Positions 44,051-58,000 of a stretch of DNA of 64,000 bases are shown one piece after another. The DNA comes from Lepidodermella squamata (taxonomy: Eukaryota > Animalia > Gastrotricha). Numbering within the stretch: position 1 is the stretch's first letter; every line of letters starts with the position of its first letter. A model generated the notes under the pieces. That model was given only the letters and a program-made list of their open reading frames with translations, was not told the DNA's origin and made no database searches. Made by a program: the position numbers and the translations under genes. The stretch is from NCBI GenBank assembly GCA_047495785.1, contig JBLDXI010000004.1, forward strand, positions 2,480,001-2,544,000. The letters run 5' to 3'.

Positions 44051-44349
44051 TCGCAGAAGACGAGCATGATTACTTTACCATTACCCCTAATCAACTCATA
44101 ATCAGTTCTCCCGCAGTTCTTGTTTGTGCGGATGGGCGGGAAGACATTCATCCGAGCGTGACTTTGAGACTAATTAAACGTGATAATCGATAAGAGACTC
44201 AGTAGAAACAGAAAGCGCCGGCTATAATAAAAAAACTCATATTCACACATATTAGAGTATCTTTTTTAATAAAGCTGTCGGTCGCATGTTGACTCTACAG
44301 TAAGTTCGACGAAACAATCGATTATTATTAGTTCGATTTAATTTTTCAT

Positions 44350-44790
44350 TGTGAGTGATTTGTAATTTGCCTACGGTGAGGCTGTTTCTGCTGCCTCGAT
44401 ACTTCTGAATGGTCTCGTGGTTTCAAATGTTTTGAGCTCAAATCTATAGGAGCTCAGCAAAAACAATACCGAAAATTCCCGATCTGCCTCGCTCGGAATA
44501 GTAAGAAATATTCAAACTTCTGATTATATTCTCCTTCACTTCCGCTCTTGTTATTCAGGTGTTTCCGCTTCACTACAACATGGTACAATTTTTAAAATCC
44601 CAGCGGACGCAAGATGCTCGCTTGATTTGTTTTCCAGCGGCATAACAATTTTTCAGGCTATGATCCAGGTCTCAAGCATTCGTGATCAGTTTGTTTATAA
44701 GGGATAAGCGATTTCAAATAAGAATATTTTTTTACAGGTTTCTGCTGCGTTTTCATTCGCGCTGCATCGCGTGCCTTGCAGCCCGTAATA
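44350..44790 (+). pseudogene. Degenerate GPCR fragment, copy 2
   Basis: Similar to the first exons of copies 1 and 3, with indels and deletions. Confidence 0.7.
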
Positions 44791-45293
44791 AACTCCCGTA
44801 ATATACCGTATTTTTCGGTCTTTAATCGGTCTTTAATCGGGTGCTGCCCGTATCCCTTTAAGCACGAGATTCACTCATCAGGATGTTTTAGGTGCTTGTG
44901 ACGGAAGGTCCCTGAATTCGTAGCAGAAATTTTGTGGTCACAGGGTGCGACTATCAGCGTCCCTTGCGTTCCTTGCATTGCAATCAACGTCGCCTCGACT
45001 GTAGCGCATCGCTAATTGAATGATGTCTGATGTTGAAGTTGTTTGTGCGAACAGGCGGGAAAAATGTTCGTCCGGGGGATGTTATTGAGACTAATTAAAC
45101 GTGATAATCGATTAAAGCTTCCTTGTAGATCAAGCGAGTTTCGCGCTTAAACAGACAGCGCCGTCTCTTCTAAAACAGCGCACTTTCGTACACATTAGAT
45201 TCTTTTTTTTTTGTTAATAGAGCTGAGTCATTTGATATTAACTCGGTAAGTGCTCGATAAGCAACGATTTAATTTGTTCATGCCCGGCATACG

Positions 45294-48200
45294 ATGCTAT
45301 TGAGTGAGGCCACAGTCGGTGTGGCTGTTTCTGCTGCCTCGATACTTCTGAATGGCCTCGTTGTTGCAAGTGTTTGGAACTCAAACTTTCAGCCGAAAGG
45401 ATACCGAAAATTTCTCATTAGCCTCGCTTTCTCTGATCTTTACCTTGCTCTTGTGAACCTTTGCTACTTGGTACCAAAAGCAGTGTACGATGCCGGCGAA
45501 AATCAAGGATGGGATTTGCAGTACTTCCGAAGTTTCCACTATGCTGCATGCTTGGTTTGAATCAAGATTCAGAAGATTAATTGTAAACATTTGTTACTTT
45601 TACCAGGCCAACCTTTTCTCCCTTGTGGCCATGTCGGCAAATCACTATATTGGAATAGTAAGAAATTCCGGGTGTAGTCTGTTTTAACTACGCTCTCGCT
45701 TTTTCAGATGTATCCTCTTCACTACAACATGGTACAGTTTAAGAAAATCCCAGCGGGTGGAATATATTCACGATTTTGTTAGTACCTTAGTGGGAGGAAT
45801 TGCAGAATTGTCATTGCTACGATCTGGGTCTTGGCATTCGTAATCGGTTTGTTTGCCAGGATCTTGTGAGGAATAGTGTTATGGAGACCACACTCATGGA
45901 TAAAGCTGTGAACGCAAAATGGAAAATCAATAATTTGTGGATGAAGCGAAAAATCAGCAAAAATAGTTATTTACAATTGATCACGCACCTTGTTTCAGCC
46001 ACTCGCCATTACGCTCATAAAAAATGCCAGTGCCAGGTAGTAGGCGCCAGTTTTCTCCGGTTTGGATGCCGATTTTACCAATTTTAAACACATTTTCAGA
46101 ATCCTCAGCTCATTTCCAACCGAACCCATGTAAAAAAGTGTCTAATTTCCATTTTCGGGTCCCTTTTTCTTGTCGATTTTTCAAGGCTTAGAATTCAGCC
46201 TTACTATCCACCTAACCATTTACGTTTGATGACGCGATATTTACTGAAAGCTGTAACTTCAAACGATTAATAGTAGCACCATTGCAGAGTCTGCCGTTGT
46301 AGCCAACAACTTCTTGGCTACACTGGGCTTAGCACGATTTTCACGTAAGTTATTAGGTTACATCTAACGAATTAGAACTTTGATCCTTATAGTCGGAATC
46401 ATTCTCGCGAAATCTCAGCTGGAAAACTATCAAAATCCACGGGTGATGGTTCAGAGTCGCTATGCAGGAAGATAAGCAGCGTTGCAAAGTTTAATTACCC
46501 GATAAGAATTCTTACTAAAAATTAGCTTCTCCTTGCATGATGAGCGAGGAATGTTATCAAAGGAAGAATTAATAATCAAATAATTTAAAAGAATACAACA
46601 GTTTTGTCGAATGGCCTTCGATTACCACACTCTCACTATAAAAACATTATATACCTATTCCTCCAATATTTATAGACCGTTGTGCGAATTCCAATTGCTC
46701 ACACACCGCAAGAAATTATACTCGAGCAATTATGCCGTACTGTCCGAAATGTTGGGCCTGTCCTTTATATTTTTTGAAACAAGTCGAAACCCCGTCTTAT
46801 ATTTGAGACCGCCCTTTATTTAAGGCCTGACCTTTATTAATTTAAATAAATTTAAATAAATATAAATAGGATCATTCAAGAAATAAGAAACTAAATTAAA
46901 CAATTATTACCGCGATGTAGCTTGTGAATTTTCACTTTAGTAAATCGGCCACCATTAATATCGACGAGAAAAAGGGACCCGAAAATGGAAATTAGACACT
47001 TTTTTACATGGGTTCGGTTGGAAATGAGCTGAGGATTCTGAAAATGTGTTTAAAATTGGTAAAATCGGCATCCAAACCGGAGAAAACTGGCGCCTACTAC
47101 CTGGCACTCGCATTTTTTATGAGCGTAATGGCGAGTGGCTGAAACAAGGTGCGAGATCAATTGTAAATAACCATTTTTTGCTGATTTTTTGCCTCATCCA
47201 CAAATTATTGATTTTCCATTTTGCGTTCACAGCTTTATCCATGAGTGTGGTCACCATAACACTATTCCTCACAAGGCCAGGATAAGCGATTTCATACAAT
47301 TTTCTGATTTCTTGAGGTTTCTGCGACGTTTCCATTCCCGTTAAATCGCGTGGCTTGCAACTTAATTACTCCGCTAATATATCCTCTGAATACGAAGCAG
47401 AAATCGAAGGCGAAGATTGGGAAAAGTTGTTTGTCGGAACTGAAGCAGAATTTTCTTTAAATGCTTCAAGAATAGAGAATTTTAGCCTGATTGATCTGCT
47501 CTATGATTCATATAACGAGAGCATTACGCCTGCGGAGTTGGAAGACCTCGTTAACAAATTTCTGCAGATTTACAAGCCGAAAGCAGAAGAGATAAAATTT
47601 ACCGTCGAGTTCGCTGTGTTTGCTATGACTTTTATTTGTCTATTCTTTCTGATCGTTTGCTACACCCGACTGTTAATAGAGGTGATGAAATATCCGAATT
47701 GCGAAATTCCATACTATGTAAAGTTTCATCTGATTGTAGGTATATCGAAATGATCGAAATCCTTCGCGAAGGCTAGTCGTGACCACTTTCTTTCTAATTG
47801 GCGCTTTCATCACATGGTCTGTTTTAGCGTCAGGTCTAATTTGAATCGATTGCCTTATCTGATTTTTAGTTGGCTGCCTTTCATGATTTTTGAGTTGTAC
47901 ATGGTTCTTAGCCCTCCGACTGTTGCGTCAAAGACTCCGTTTGTTTAGGCATGAAATTACTTGTTTATAATTTGTGAGTGATATTGGCAGGAATTACGTC
48001 GAAGATATGTCCCGTATTTTATTCATATCGGCACCACTAATTGACTCCATAATATACTCGGCGAGGTTGCGCGCCATACGAAAGTGAGACTATTTCATGA
48101 ATTCAGAATTTAAGACTTATTCGAAAACTTTTAGACTGATGCTGCTGCGATTGGCGCGTATTCTACTCTGCTGCGAAAAAATGATCCGGTTTGGAGCAAT

Positions 48201-48354
48201 GACGCTTACTTCTCTTCGGAGGGCTTTCTCAGTCGAACACCCAGTCGCTCACGACACCTTTGTGAATTTAAGTTCATTTGACGTTGACATGGATCTTATG
48301 TTCATCGATGATGGAGATGAGCTGGAAGTCGGTGCGGCCGATGTTCAGGACTAG
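45294..48354 (+). CDS. Rhodopsin-family GPCR, multi-exon, copy 3
   Basis: Exon-by-exon paralog of copy 1; transposon in an intron. Confidence 0.8.
45863..47275. mobile_element. Non-autonomous DNA transposon with ~315-bp TIRs
   Basis: 8-bp TSD GCCAGGAT (45855-45862, 47276-47283); TIR starts CTTGTGAGGAATAGTG. Confidence 0.9.
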
Positions 48355-49174
48355 ACGCCACTCAAGCTTAGCAAGAGGCGCCCGGGGTTTCTACGAAATA
48401 GCTGTTGTCGAGCCTCCACCGGTGAGCACGTTTAGCCACAGAGATGCAGTTTAAAACATCCCCCCTACAAGACGGGGATACAATCCCGGTGATAATAACA
48501 GAAGACTTTAATTATTTTGCTATTTAATAGCCATTGCATAGGGAATATGCATTTTGAATACTTTGAACTTTTCTATTGATACAGTTGATTTTTCAGGTTT
48601 TGACTGAATAACTGGTTCAGATTAATTTGTAGTAAATTATTTCCTCAAATTTACAGATTCCTATTCGAAATAGAAAATATGGCTGCGCGAAGTTCATGCT
48701 TGAACTTGTTAGCCATCTCTCTAGAAAGACAATTTCCGCTGAGTGTCGTTCCATTATTGATTGCTGCCTGTCCCCAAATAAGCAACTAACGCAAAGTCAA
48801 TTCATTCCATGAGCGCGAGGGAGGGAAGGGTAAAGCGTTTCGATTCGCTCCCCGCATCGGATCAATATATAAGACTGCTAGCTTGGGAGAACGTGTTTAC
48901 GCTGACATCATCAACATTATAACTGAATCACAGAACGGAAGGGTAATTTAAAGGACATTCTGCGAATACCGGGAATACAGTATACAGATAAGACGGACTA
49001 GCAAAAAGATGCAGGATTAAGAGTCTTGTATTTTTTATATGAGGATTTTGCCAAGAAATGGCCTGGGATATGAGCTGTGAATCACATGACTCCAAATCCC
49101 CTTGGAATCATGAATCAATACCTCTTCAAGAAAGCGATTCTGATGTGCCTCAAGCCTTATCAAACCCGTGTTTC

Positions 49175-49320
49175 CAGTGTGCGAAGTAGGATCCGGGAGC
49201 CGAGGTGTTTTCTATTTGTTTTCTAGGACTCAGGAGCCTAAGAAACGAAAGGGTGCCCATGTGGTTTTTTCAGCCTTCCTCTGGTTGGAGTCTCAGAGCT
49301 GGGGTATCACAACGCCTCGG
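49175..49320 (-). mobile_element. Degenerate copy of the hAT-like MITE
   Basis: CAGTGTGCGAAGTAGGATC..GAGGTGTTTTCTA.TTGTTTTCTA matches the reverse complement of 11395-11561. Confidence 0.75.
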
Positions 49321-49595
49321 TGTGAATGTGTGCACGTGTCTATGGACATTTCTATGGATATTTCAATGGTTACCCATTCTCTTCGCCCGCCTTGCCTTCC
49401 TAGAATAGAGAACGATTTTACTGAATGATTGCACATGCGAATTCTTCCTCTACTTCATTGAGGATGCCATCGAGACTATGCCGAAACCTGAAGTCTCAAT
49501 CCCGAAATCGCCCTCAAAGAACGAAGTAGCATTTTGAAACTGGTATGGATGATTTTTCCGCCCTATTCATCCTTAAATTTTATTCCATGAAAATA

Positions 49596-50399
49596 TCACA
49601 GATACCAAGAAGAATTCTTGTAATCATCCATAATAGTGCGCTGGGTAGTTTTCTGCATGCTCTTCTTCGAGTAAACCGCATTTCTCCGCTTTTTGTACCG
49701 CAAAGTTTCCTCCGGAAATTCTTCCTCCTCGTAGTTATCGCACAGATCTTCCAGTTCCAGCTGCTCGCCCTCAGTGGTCTCACTATCGCTGTCGAGTAGC
49801 AAATCATGGTAGGCTAAAACGCCGTCTTTCGCAGAGTCTTGCACAGATTGTTGAATCTGCAACTTATGAGCGAGTAAACTCGTAAAGTAATGCTTATCGT
49901 CCGCATCTAGAGGCACCAAGAACCGTTTTCGCTCCTCCTCAAACAACTTCTTACGTTCTTCCCGCATTTTACGCTTCAATTCCGCTGCTTCCTGCCGTTT
50001 TCGTTCCAATTCAGCCTTTCTCTCTTCTTCCTTCTTGTAATCTCGGTAGAAATGGGCGCAAGTGCCGTATGGAAGGTTGTCTAAGCCAAGCTTTTTGACC
50101 AAAGTCGGATTTTTGAGGGTGTAGATGCCTACGTAGCGCCAATGCACTTTTACCGGCTTATGCGGATCCTCGGCCACCCGGAGTGATAGCATGGTCGAAG
50201 ATCGAGTGAACATGCTTGAGTTGGCTACAAAAGTGTTCTCCTTGCTTTCGAGGCCTCCGCTGAGACGGCTGAGGTGTTGGTACAATTGCTGTAGATCCTT
50301 GCGCTTGTTGTACAGAGCTTCGTCCTTATCTTCCTCGTCTGATTCGACGTAGCCGAAGATGGTCGTGTAGAAGTTTTGTGATTGCATTGGGTACACCAT
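49596..50399 (-). CDS. Intronless hypothetical protein with coiled coil and acidic tail
   Basis: 267-aa ORF; decayed paralog at ~53090-53700. Confidence 0.55.
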   Translation of the reverse strand: MVYPMQSQNFYTTIFGYVESDEEDKDEALYNKRKDLQQLYQHLSRLSGGLESKENTFVANSSMFTRSSTMLSLRVAEDPHKPVKVHWRYVGIYTLKNPTLVKKLGLDNLPYGTCAHFYRDYKKEEERKAELERKRQEAAELKRKMREERKKLFEEERKRFLVPLDADDKHYFTSLLAHKLQIQQSVQDSAKDGVLAYHDLLLDSDSETTEGEQLELEDLCDNYEEEEFPEETLRYKKRRNAVYSKKSMQKTTQRTIMDDYKNSSWYL

Positions 50400-52269
50400 G
50401 TTTCACCGGTATGAAAAGTCTAGTTAACACGAATGGATGGACAAGAAATAGTTCAGCAACTGAGGTAGAGCTTGTCAAATGTTGGGCTCCGGCCCTAAAT
50501 TTGATGTTCCAGAGTTAGATCTCCTTAGAATATATTATTCTTCAAGTTATATGAGAGTTACAAACGCACATTACAGGTGGAAATGGAGGTATCCTACAAC
50601 CAGTTCGCAAGGCCCAGACCGTAAACCCCCAAAACCACAGCGGGAACCCACAGCCCGAAAATAGCCCCTAGTTCGAGGATCCTTACTGACTTCCAGCTTA
50701 GCTGTCACTATCACGAGCAAGATCATGTCAAAAAAAGAAAAAAGCTTAATTCGTGAAGAGCGAAGAATATAGAATGACCAATATTACAAGCCAAGATTCG
50801 TACATGTAACTTTAGGATCTCATTTTCAAGTCAAAATTAGGAATATAGCAATCGAAATTTCCGAAGAGTGTTAGCTGAGCTATTTTGAGGGTTTTGGTCA
50901 TTCTTGTATCACAGCAATAACGGTTTAAAAATTCGGCTTTATATTGCTGGCAATGCATGCAATTAGATCAATACAATACCTGGGAAACTAAGCTCACGCT
51001 ACTCAAGTAGCTCTTAAGGTATTTTTTCGCGTGAGTGTTGCGCGGGCGGAAATAGAAAAAACACATGTCGCCAACTCAATTCCACACATTTTCCCCATCG
51101 ATCCTACCACTTAATATATTTTCTGAGGAAGTGTAGGCATGATTAGCAGCGCTGTATCGCGTGATTTCCCAGACATTATATGGCTTGGAAACAACGAGGC
51201 AACATCTAGGTTTTATACGCAATTCGCTGTAAAAAGATCAGTTGAGACCATTTTCTGACTTCACGTCTTCGCCAGTTTGGCTCTTCTTTTGCTAGAAAAT
51301 GGCTACGTGCGAAGTTTTTCGCAAAAAGCCCAGTCATGCTTTCAACTGAATTTTCCTTACTCGGTTCCAGAAACGGATCGTTAAAATAACGGGCCGAATT
51401 TTAATTTCAACTTAAATTTGTTCCAGGCCTCCCTGATATGGGACCTTCAGACCCCAACAGTGTAAACGAACACAGAGAACGCTCTCTATGGGAAGTTCGA
51501 ATTCGAAGTATTTCAGCTTACTCAGGGCGATGAAGATAATTTTAGCAGGATTAGAAGCTTGACTTTTTATCTTATCGCAAATTCCGGTTCCTTATTCTTA
51601 GCAGCGCACCTTGAGTTCCGCATGAGTTTCAAGAATCTTGAGCAATTCAATCTGAGGAAGAAAATTGCTGACGAGCCTGTCAGCGTAACTCAGACCATCT
51701 AAAAGATGCAAGCGGATGATATCGTGGAACAATGAAGTAACATATTTCACTGCAACGGATCTTGGTGCCCTTTGCCCTTTCCACCAACCGGAGGATTCAG
51801 CGAAAGCTTTCGGAGAGTTTCGATTAAAATGTCTGATTCCACAGCTTTTCTACCTTCCAGGACCGCAAAATGTTTATCTGAATCCGATAGATAGCGAATA
51901 GCGATTGGAAGCAGGAGCAGCTTTCAATGCGCCAGGGTATGATGGTAGAGTGAAGGTAGAGCCTTATCCTTTGAAGTTATTCGAAGGCTAATGTGTTTCG
52001 TTTTAATAAATTCGACAATTATAACCTGCCGCCGCCTTCTCGAACTGATCAAACTGATTGTCCTGCAAAACGAATAGTCCTGAATCTCCCAAACGAGTCA
52101 AAAAACTAATAAAGAACCATACAAATAATATCGAAAAATCCTTTCCACAGTTTTTGGTTTTGATTTTGATGAACTTGAGTATTCACATCAAAATTTCATT
52201 GAAAGAGCATGTGCCAAGTTGTCTGCTTTCGTATCTACTGATACTAGCTATTGAGCTGCAAATCACCCC

Positions 52270-52735
52270 CGGATTCGAGCAAGAACATAGGACAGTAACG
52301 AGACCCACAGAATGCTATGTACTGTTATTATCCCTCTCCTTCAATCTGGCTTGAGGTTAACCCGAAATAACAATCATAATTGGTTAGTCGAATTATTCAA
52401 GACAACGAAACTAGCTTGCGACGAATTTTTCACTAGCATTCTCCTAGAGGCTCTGGTCAGAGCTGTTACATATGCAGCTCGTGATATGATGAGCAAAATC
52501 AAACTCCAAGGCCTTGCTAGATCCGCAGTTTTGAGCGAATTGCCTATTGTGCGAAAACAAAGGATGACAGCAATAGCCAAATAAGCATATAAGCTTACGA
52601 TTACCTAGTTGCCTTGCTAATTATCTTTCTTTTCAATGAAGTGGTGAAAGCTCAGAATTGACTTATTCGTACGTAAAATTCAAAAATATCTAGAATACTT
52701 TTTTTTGCACTGAGCTAATATAACGTTGAAGTCGC
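52270..52735 (+). repeat. Dispersed repeat, also at ~62580-63010
   Basis: Colinear nucleotide similarity; ORFs 52312-52584 and 62609-62908 are homologous. Confidence 0.7.
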
Positions 52736-53089
52736 GTGTACCCCAATTTTAGGAGCCTTGCCAAATGACGTAATGTCTGAGAGCTTACAGTGTCCAGGTG
52801 CTAATGGCGTCGCTAAAGCCGAACGTTCTAGGACTGGTAAAGCATTTTCTATGGTCACGGATCTTTAATTTATTAATATGTCGGTTGATGTCTGCGAGTA
52901 GTCAGACATTACTTGAGCGTGCGTGGCTCTTTCGCTCAACAATAGGGGAAAATGTTCGAGTAAATTAGCCCAAATTTTAAATACTCCAGTAACATATGGT
53001 TTCGAATGTGGATTGCATATATAAGGGACCATCTAGAATACTTGTAATAATCCATAATAAATCCCTGTATTTCCGTCCTCGAGAAAACA

Positions 53090-53700
53090 GTTTCTCCGCT
53101 TTTTACATGGCAAGATTTCCTCCGTAAATTATTCCTCCTCGTAAATCTTCCACTAAATCTTCCAGCTGCTCGCCCTCAGTTGTCTCACTATCGCTGTCCA
53201 GCAACGAATCACGGACAGCTAAAACACTGTCTTTAGCAGATTCGCGCAGAGATTGTTGAATCTGCAAGCATTGCGCGAAGTATTGAGAGACGCGCCGAGG
53301 TAATCGCACCCTCCAGTTCGCAAGGCCAAGGTGGGAAATCCGAAAATTACCAGAGGGGGGAACCTTTGGTCACAAATTTGAGCCTGAAAATACCCCCAGT
53401 TCGATGATCCTACTTCGCGCACTTTCTGCGAGCACTTTAAGCGAGCAAACTAATAATGGTTATCATCCGCATCTAGAGGTACCAAGAAGCGTTTTGCTCC
53501 TCCCAAAACGATTTCTTTCGTTCTTCCCGCAATTCTAGTTCAAGCTGTCGTTATTCTTCTTGCTCGTAGTTCCGTTAGAAATGGACACAAAAGCCGTAAG
53601 GAAGGTTGTCGAAGCCAAGCTTTTTCGGACTCTTGAGAGTGTAGATCCCTCTATAGCCAATGCCCTTTTCTCGGCTTATGCTCGTCTCTGAGTGATAGCA
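53090..53700 (-). pseudogene. Decayed paralog of 49596-50399
   Basis: LQIQQS..SAKD.VLA..D.LLDSDSETTEGEQLE shared; interrupted. Confidence 0.7.
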
Positions 53701-55065
53701 TAGTTTTTTCTGCAAAAACTACAAAATTGAAGACATTTGGGCTCTTCTAGCTAAGTCATCACAAATAGCGTCTGTTAAAGCTCGCTTCGTTCACGTGGCA
53801 CGTTGCACGGTACAGTAAAACCTGTTACCTCGAACTCTGTGAAAATCTGTCATGTCGAACACGTTTCGTAGAACCGTCAATAGTTCACCTAAGCTAAATT
53901 TCTCTCTATGTCGAATGCATTTTTCGGAAGCGTAGCCCTTCGGGGTTTCACTGTACTCGACTGAAACGCGGCTCAGATCATGTAGATGTTGCACATTTTT
54001 GTAGCCCCACGATTAATATTTTTTGGGAGAGAATTCAGGCAATGCAGATGGATCGATATTGTGTCGCGCTGTTCAGAGGGCGTAATTGACTACCCTAGAC
54101 GCCCTGCCTGAAGCTTCATCTCGTTATAGGATTTTAAAATAGACTAAAATTCCCTAGAACGTAAAGTAGGACGATTGGTATGGAGGCGTGATTGAATTCT
54201 ACTTCAGTCATCCTTATTCATCATAGTGGAAGTTATGATGGCTAATGTAGAATAAAGTAAGAATATTAACAGCTTCGAGTTGGCTTTACGAGTAATCCAA
54301 ATCTGGCTTACATTTTACATTTTTCAGGAACTTGGGTGATTGTTGTTATAATTAGGTCAGAGAGTTAGTTTGGACAGCACAACTGGTTAGGTTTAAGGAA
54401 AATCGGCATAATGGTCCCCCTTTTTTAATTGAGTGAGCTCACCTAGATTGAACTGGCGGGGATGATCCCTAACGGTACTTCGCTCTTTGAATTAGGTATT
54501 AGGTAATATTTTGATAAATTGGACGCGGAATTTCGGAATTTTGGGCATCTGTTTCTGCGCTTAACCAAGAATAATAGTAAAAAATACTGCTGAGGCACAG
54601 AGCGATGTAGGACAGCAGAACTGAGGTAAAGGAAAATCGCGATTAGAGCCCTCTTCACCCTTCAGTTAGGCTCCTGCACGTGCGCGAATTGGGGGCAAAT
54701 TTTATGACCAAAGGGTCCCTTGTGGTTTTTTGGGGGATTTTCCACCTTTGCCTCCGTACACCGCGCACTGCTCCTGCATTCGTACCTTGAAATGGTAGAC
54801 TGGTGGAAATTATTTGACATATTCAGGTTTGTCATCAGGCGACGCTGCGACTCTAAGCTACCTCGGTGAATCCCCGTTTGAGAATCTCCTCTAAGCGTGC
54901 TAGTTTCAAACAGCTTACGACATTGTTCTAGAATTTGCACAGCACTTCGATTTCTACTCAGACATATTATGCATTTTTTAGTTCATTTATGCACCAAGCG
55001 TCATCACAAGCGAGTAAAGCCTCTCGAATCAACGGAGTCACAAAAGCAAAACAGAACTTTTTACA

Positions 55066-58000
55066 ATGATGATTTTCCTACTTACTTTTGTGACCTCTCT
55101 CATAACACCAGCGGAATTAGCCTGCCCAGCATCTTCTTGCACCATAACGCGTAAGAGTAAACAATTTACTAATTTGAATTCGGTTTTACCTTTCGTCATT
55201 TACAGCGACTTGCCCTCCCGGCTACACTTACAGTGCATGTTACGACAGTTGCTACCTGTGGAGCTCGTAAGTTTCGCTCAAAAAATGAAAATTATCTGTA
55301 CCTTTGTTACCAAGATTTTAGCTCGAACTTTTGTTATTGAATATTTTTGAATTAGTAGAACCCTGATTAATCAGGGAACCATCAAAGTGTTAACCGATAC
55401 CGTCTTTCTCTCAAATGAACCTAAATCCTAAATTCAATCACAGGGATACTATGTTTTATATGGCGGCTCTGCAACAATGCATGGCAAACGGGGCTCATTT
55501 CTTCGTTCCAAACACCGAAGAAGAGTTCAAGTACGTGATGGGTCTGGCGAATCAAAGTGCCTTCTACTGGTTCGGCCTGCAAGACTGGGCGTCACGTGGG
55601 GCTGGCAATAACGCTGGGCAATGGGTCTACGGCAACAATTATACAAACGACCCAGATGGGAAGTGGTACTTCATGGACGAGACACCCACTTACATCACAG
55701 CTGCGAATTTAGTACCCCAACCCAATTCGACTTTGATCGATCCTGGGCCTTACAGCTGGCTACCTTGGCTCGGCAATCCTGGAAGTGGCACTTTTGCCGC
55801 CGTGCTGGCTTACTCGCCTTTTTGGGGAGCTCTTGCACTCAACACCTATCAACTCAAACCTAACTACATCTGCGAGGTATCCAAGGTCTGCTCAACCTGC
55901 AGAGCTGGTTTTACCCGATACCTATCAAATTGTTACTTGTATCGAAACGACTCGGCAGACTACAACAGTGCGGCTGGGATATGTAGTTCGACCAATTACG
56001 GAGCTGGTACAACCCTTTGGACGCCACGGCGTTGGCATTCGATCATCTACGCGAGATTTCTAGCCGCGGCTGTTGGTTCGCCTCTAATGATTGGGCTAAC
56101 GTCGTTGAATCCGCCTTATTCTTGGCAATGGGCTGATAACGTAACTGTTTCGCTGTCTGATAATTTCGATATGCCGCCGTTTACGATTCGATATGGCCCG
56201 TATTACGATTCTGTCATTCGAATCGTGCCTGATACGAATTTAGCGAGCTTATCGACTGTGTATGAAGACTTTTCAAATTCGACCTCAGGCTGGCACGGGA
56301 TTTACGTAGCTGAGTTCCAGAATTGGTTGAATCGATATGTTTGCCAACAACCTGCTACATCGAGATTAGCGTCAACCACTCTTGCGCCGTCAACTACTGC
56401 AAGCTCCTTAACAACAGTGACTACTTCACTTACAGTAATCACGGAAGCTTCGTCAGCCAAATTATCGACCACAACGACAGCTGGGAGTGGTGGCTGTAAG
56501 TTTGTTTACCTCACATGAGCTCACGTGTTCAGGACAAATGACCGTAAACTTTGAAATTGCAGCACCGGTTTATAAATGACCAGCTCTAAAATTGAACATT
56601 TGACATCCTCAGAAGTTCGCATGGCAAGGTGCAAAACTCCCAAATAAACCACAGGGGGATCCTTTGGTCTTAAAAATCGGGTCAATTCCAAGTTCGAGAA
56701 TTCTACTTCTACTTACTCGAGAAAAGCCGAGTATGAATATCTAGAATATTTCTTCTTCAAGTAAGAGAGAATACAGACATTTCGCCGAACCCCACTTTCA
56801 CTTGTAAGGGTTGAATCCCTGAATATAAAAAATTTCATAGATGTTGAGATAACACTTTGTAGGCTATTAAACGTGATGGGGGATAGAGGATAGGGCTACT
56901 ATTTCAGTGCCATCACTCTAATTTACTGATATTTTATTTGTGTCGAACAGTTTCTTGCGCCAACTGCACTAGTCCACACCAGCAATGCCTGCCCAACAAC
57001 ACATGTACGTGCCTAGCTCCTCCGCAACAAACGTGTCAGCCGCCTAGCAATTGCAGCATTCTGGTGATTCGGCCTGTTTTTCAGATCGCAGGCTGCAACG
57101 CTCTTTGCCAGCAAAATGGCTTGGCATATAGCTATCCTGAGCCAGATCCTGAACTGAACCAAGACTTCCAGTGGAGGAAGATAAGCGGCCTCACAGGAAG
57201 CTGCACTTCATTTGAATCAGTCAGCATGCCGAACTACGTTCTACGTCACTCCAACTTCAGGCTCCAGATTACTTGGAACAATGGCGATCCGTGGCTCGCT
57301 CAGGATGCGACGTTCTGTGAGAGGCAACTAGGTTCCGGGGTTGGCTATGAGGCTGTTAACTTTCAGGGGTGTTTCATCTATGTCGATTCAAACAATGAAA
57401 TCCATCTTCGCCAAAATGACTCTTCAGCGGATTTCGAGTTGCGGATCGCATTTTATGAAACAGCTTTGGGTAGGTTACTTGAGATTTACTTTCTCAGATT
57501 GACTGTGCTTTTCCACTACAGGCACGCCTTCAACTACTGCGAGCACCTCAACAACTTTGACTCCTTCAACAGCGGTAACTACGGGATCTTCGTCACAACC
57601 CTCGTCTGTATCAACAGGAAGGCCTACATCCACTTCAAGCTTCTCCTCAACTTCTTCAACGATGGTAACTGCAAGAGCTACGTCAGGTCCCTCGTCTTCT
57701 TCAACTCCAAATGCGACGATGAGCACTTCGGCTACATTGAATTCGCAGAATACAACAGGGCTATTGAGCACAACGATTGCTTCCACGGGAACTTCGTCAG
57801 ATTCTCTGTCGATCTCTACAACCACAAGTACTTCAACGATACTGGCTTCAATACAGAATACAACAGAGTCATCAACCACAACTAAGGCTGTGAGCTACTG
57901 TGGAGATGGCATAGTGCAAGAAAATCTCAACGAGGAGTGTGATGATGGGAATACGCTTTCGAATGATGGCTGCGATTCGGCTTGCAAATTTGAAGGTAGG

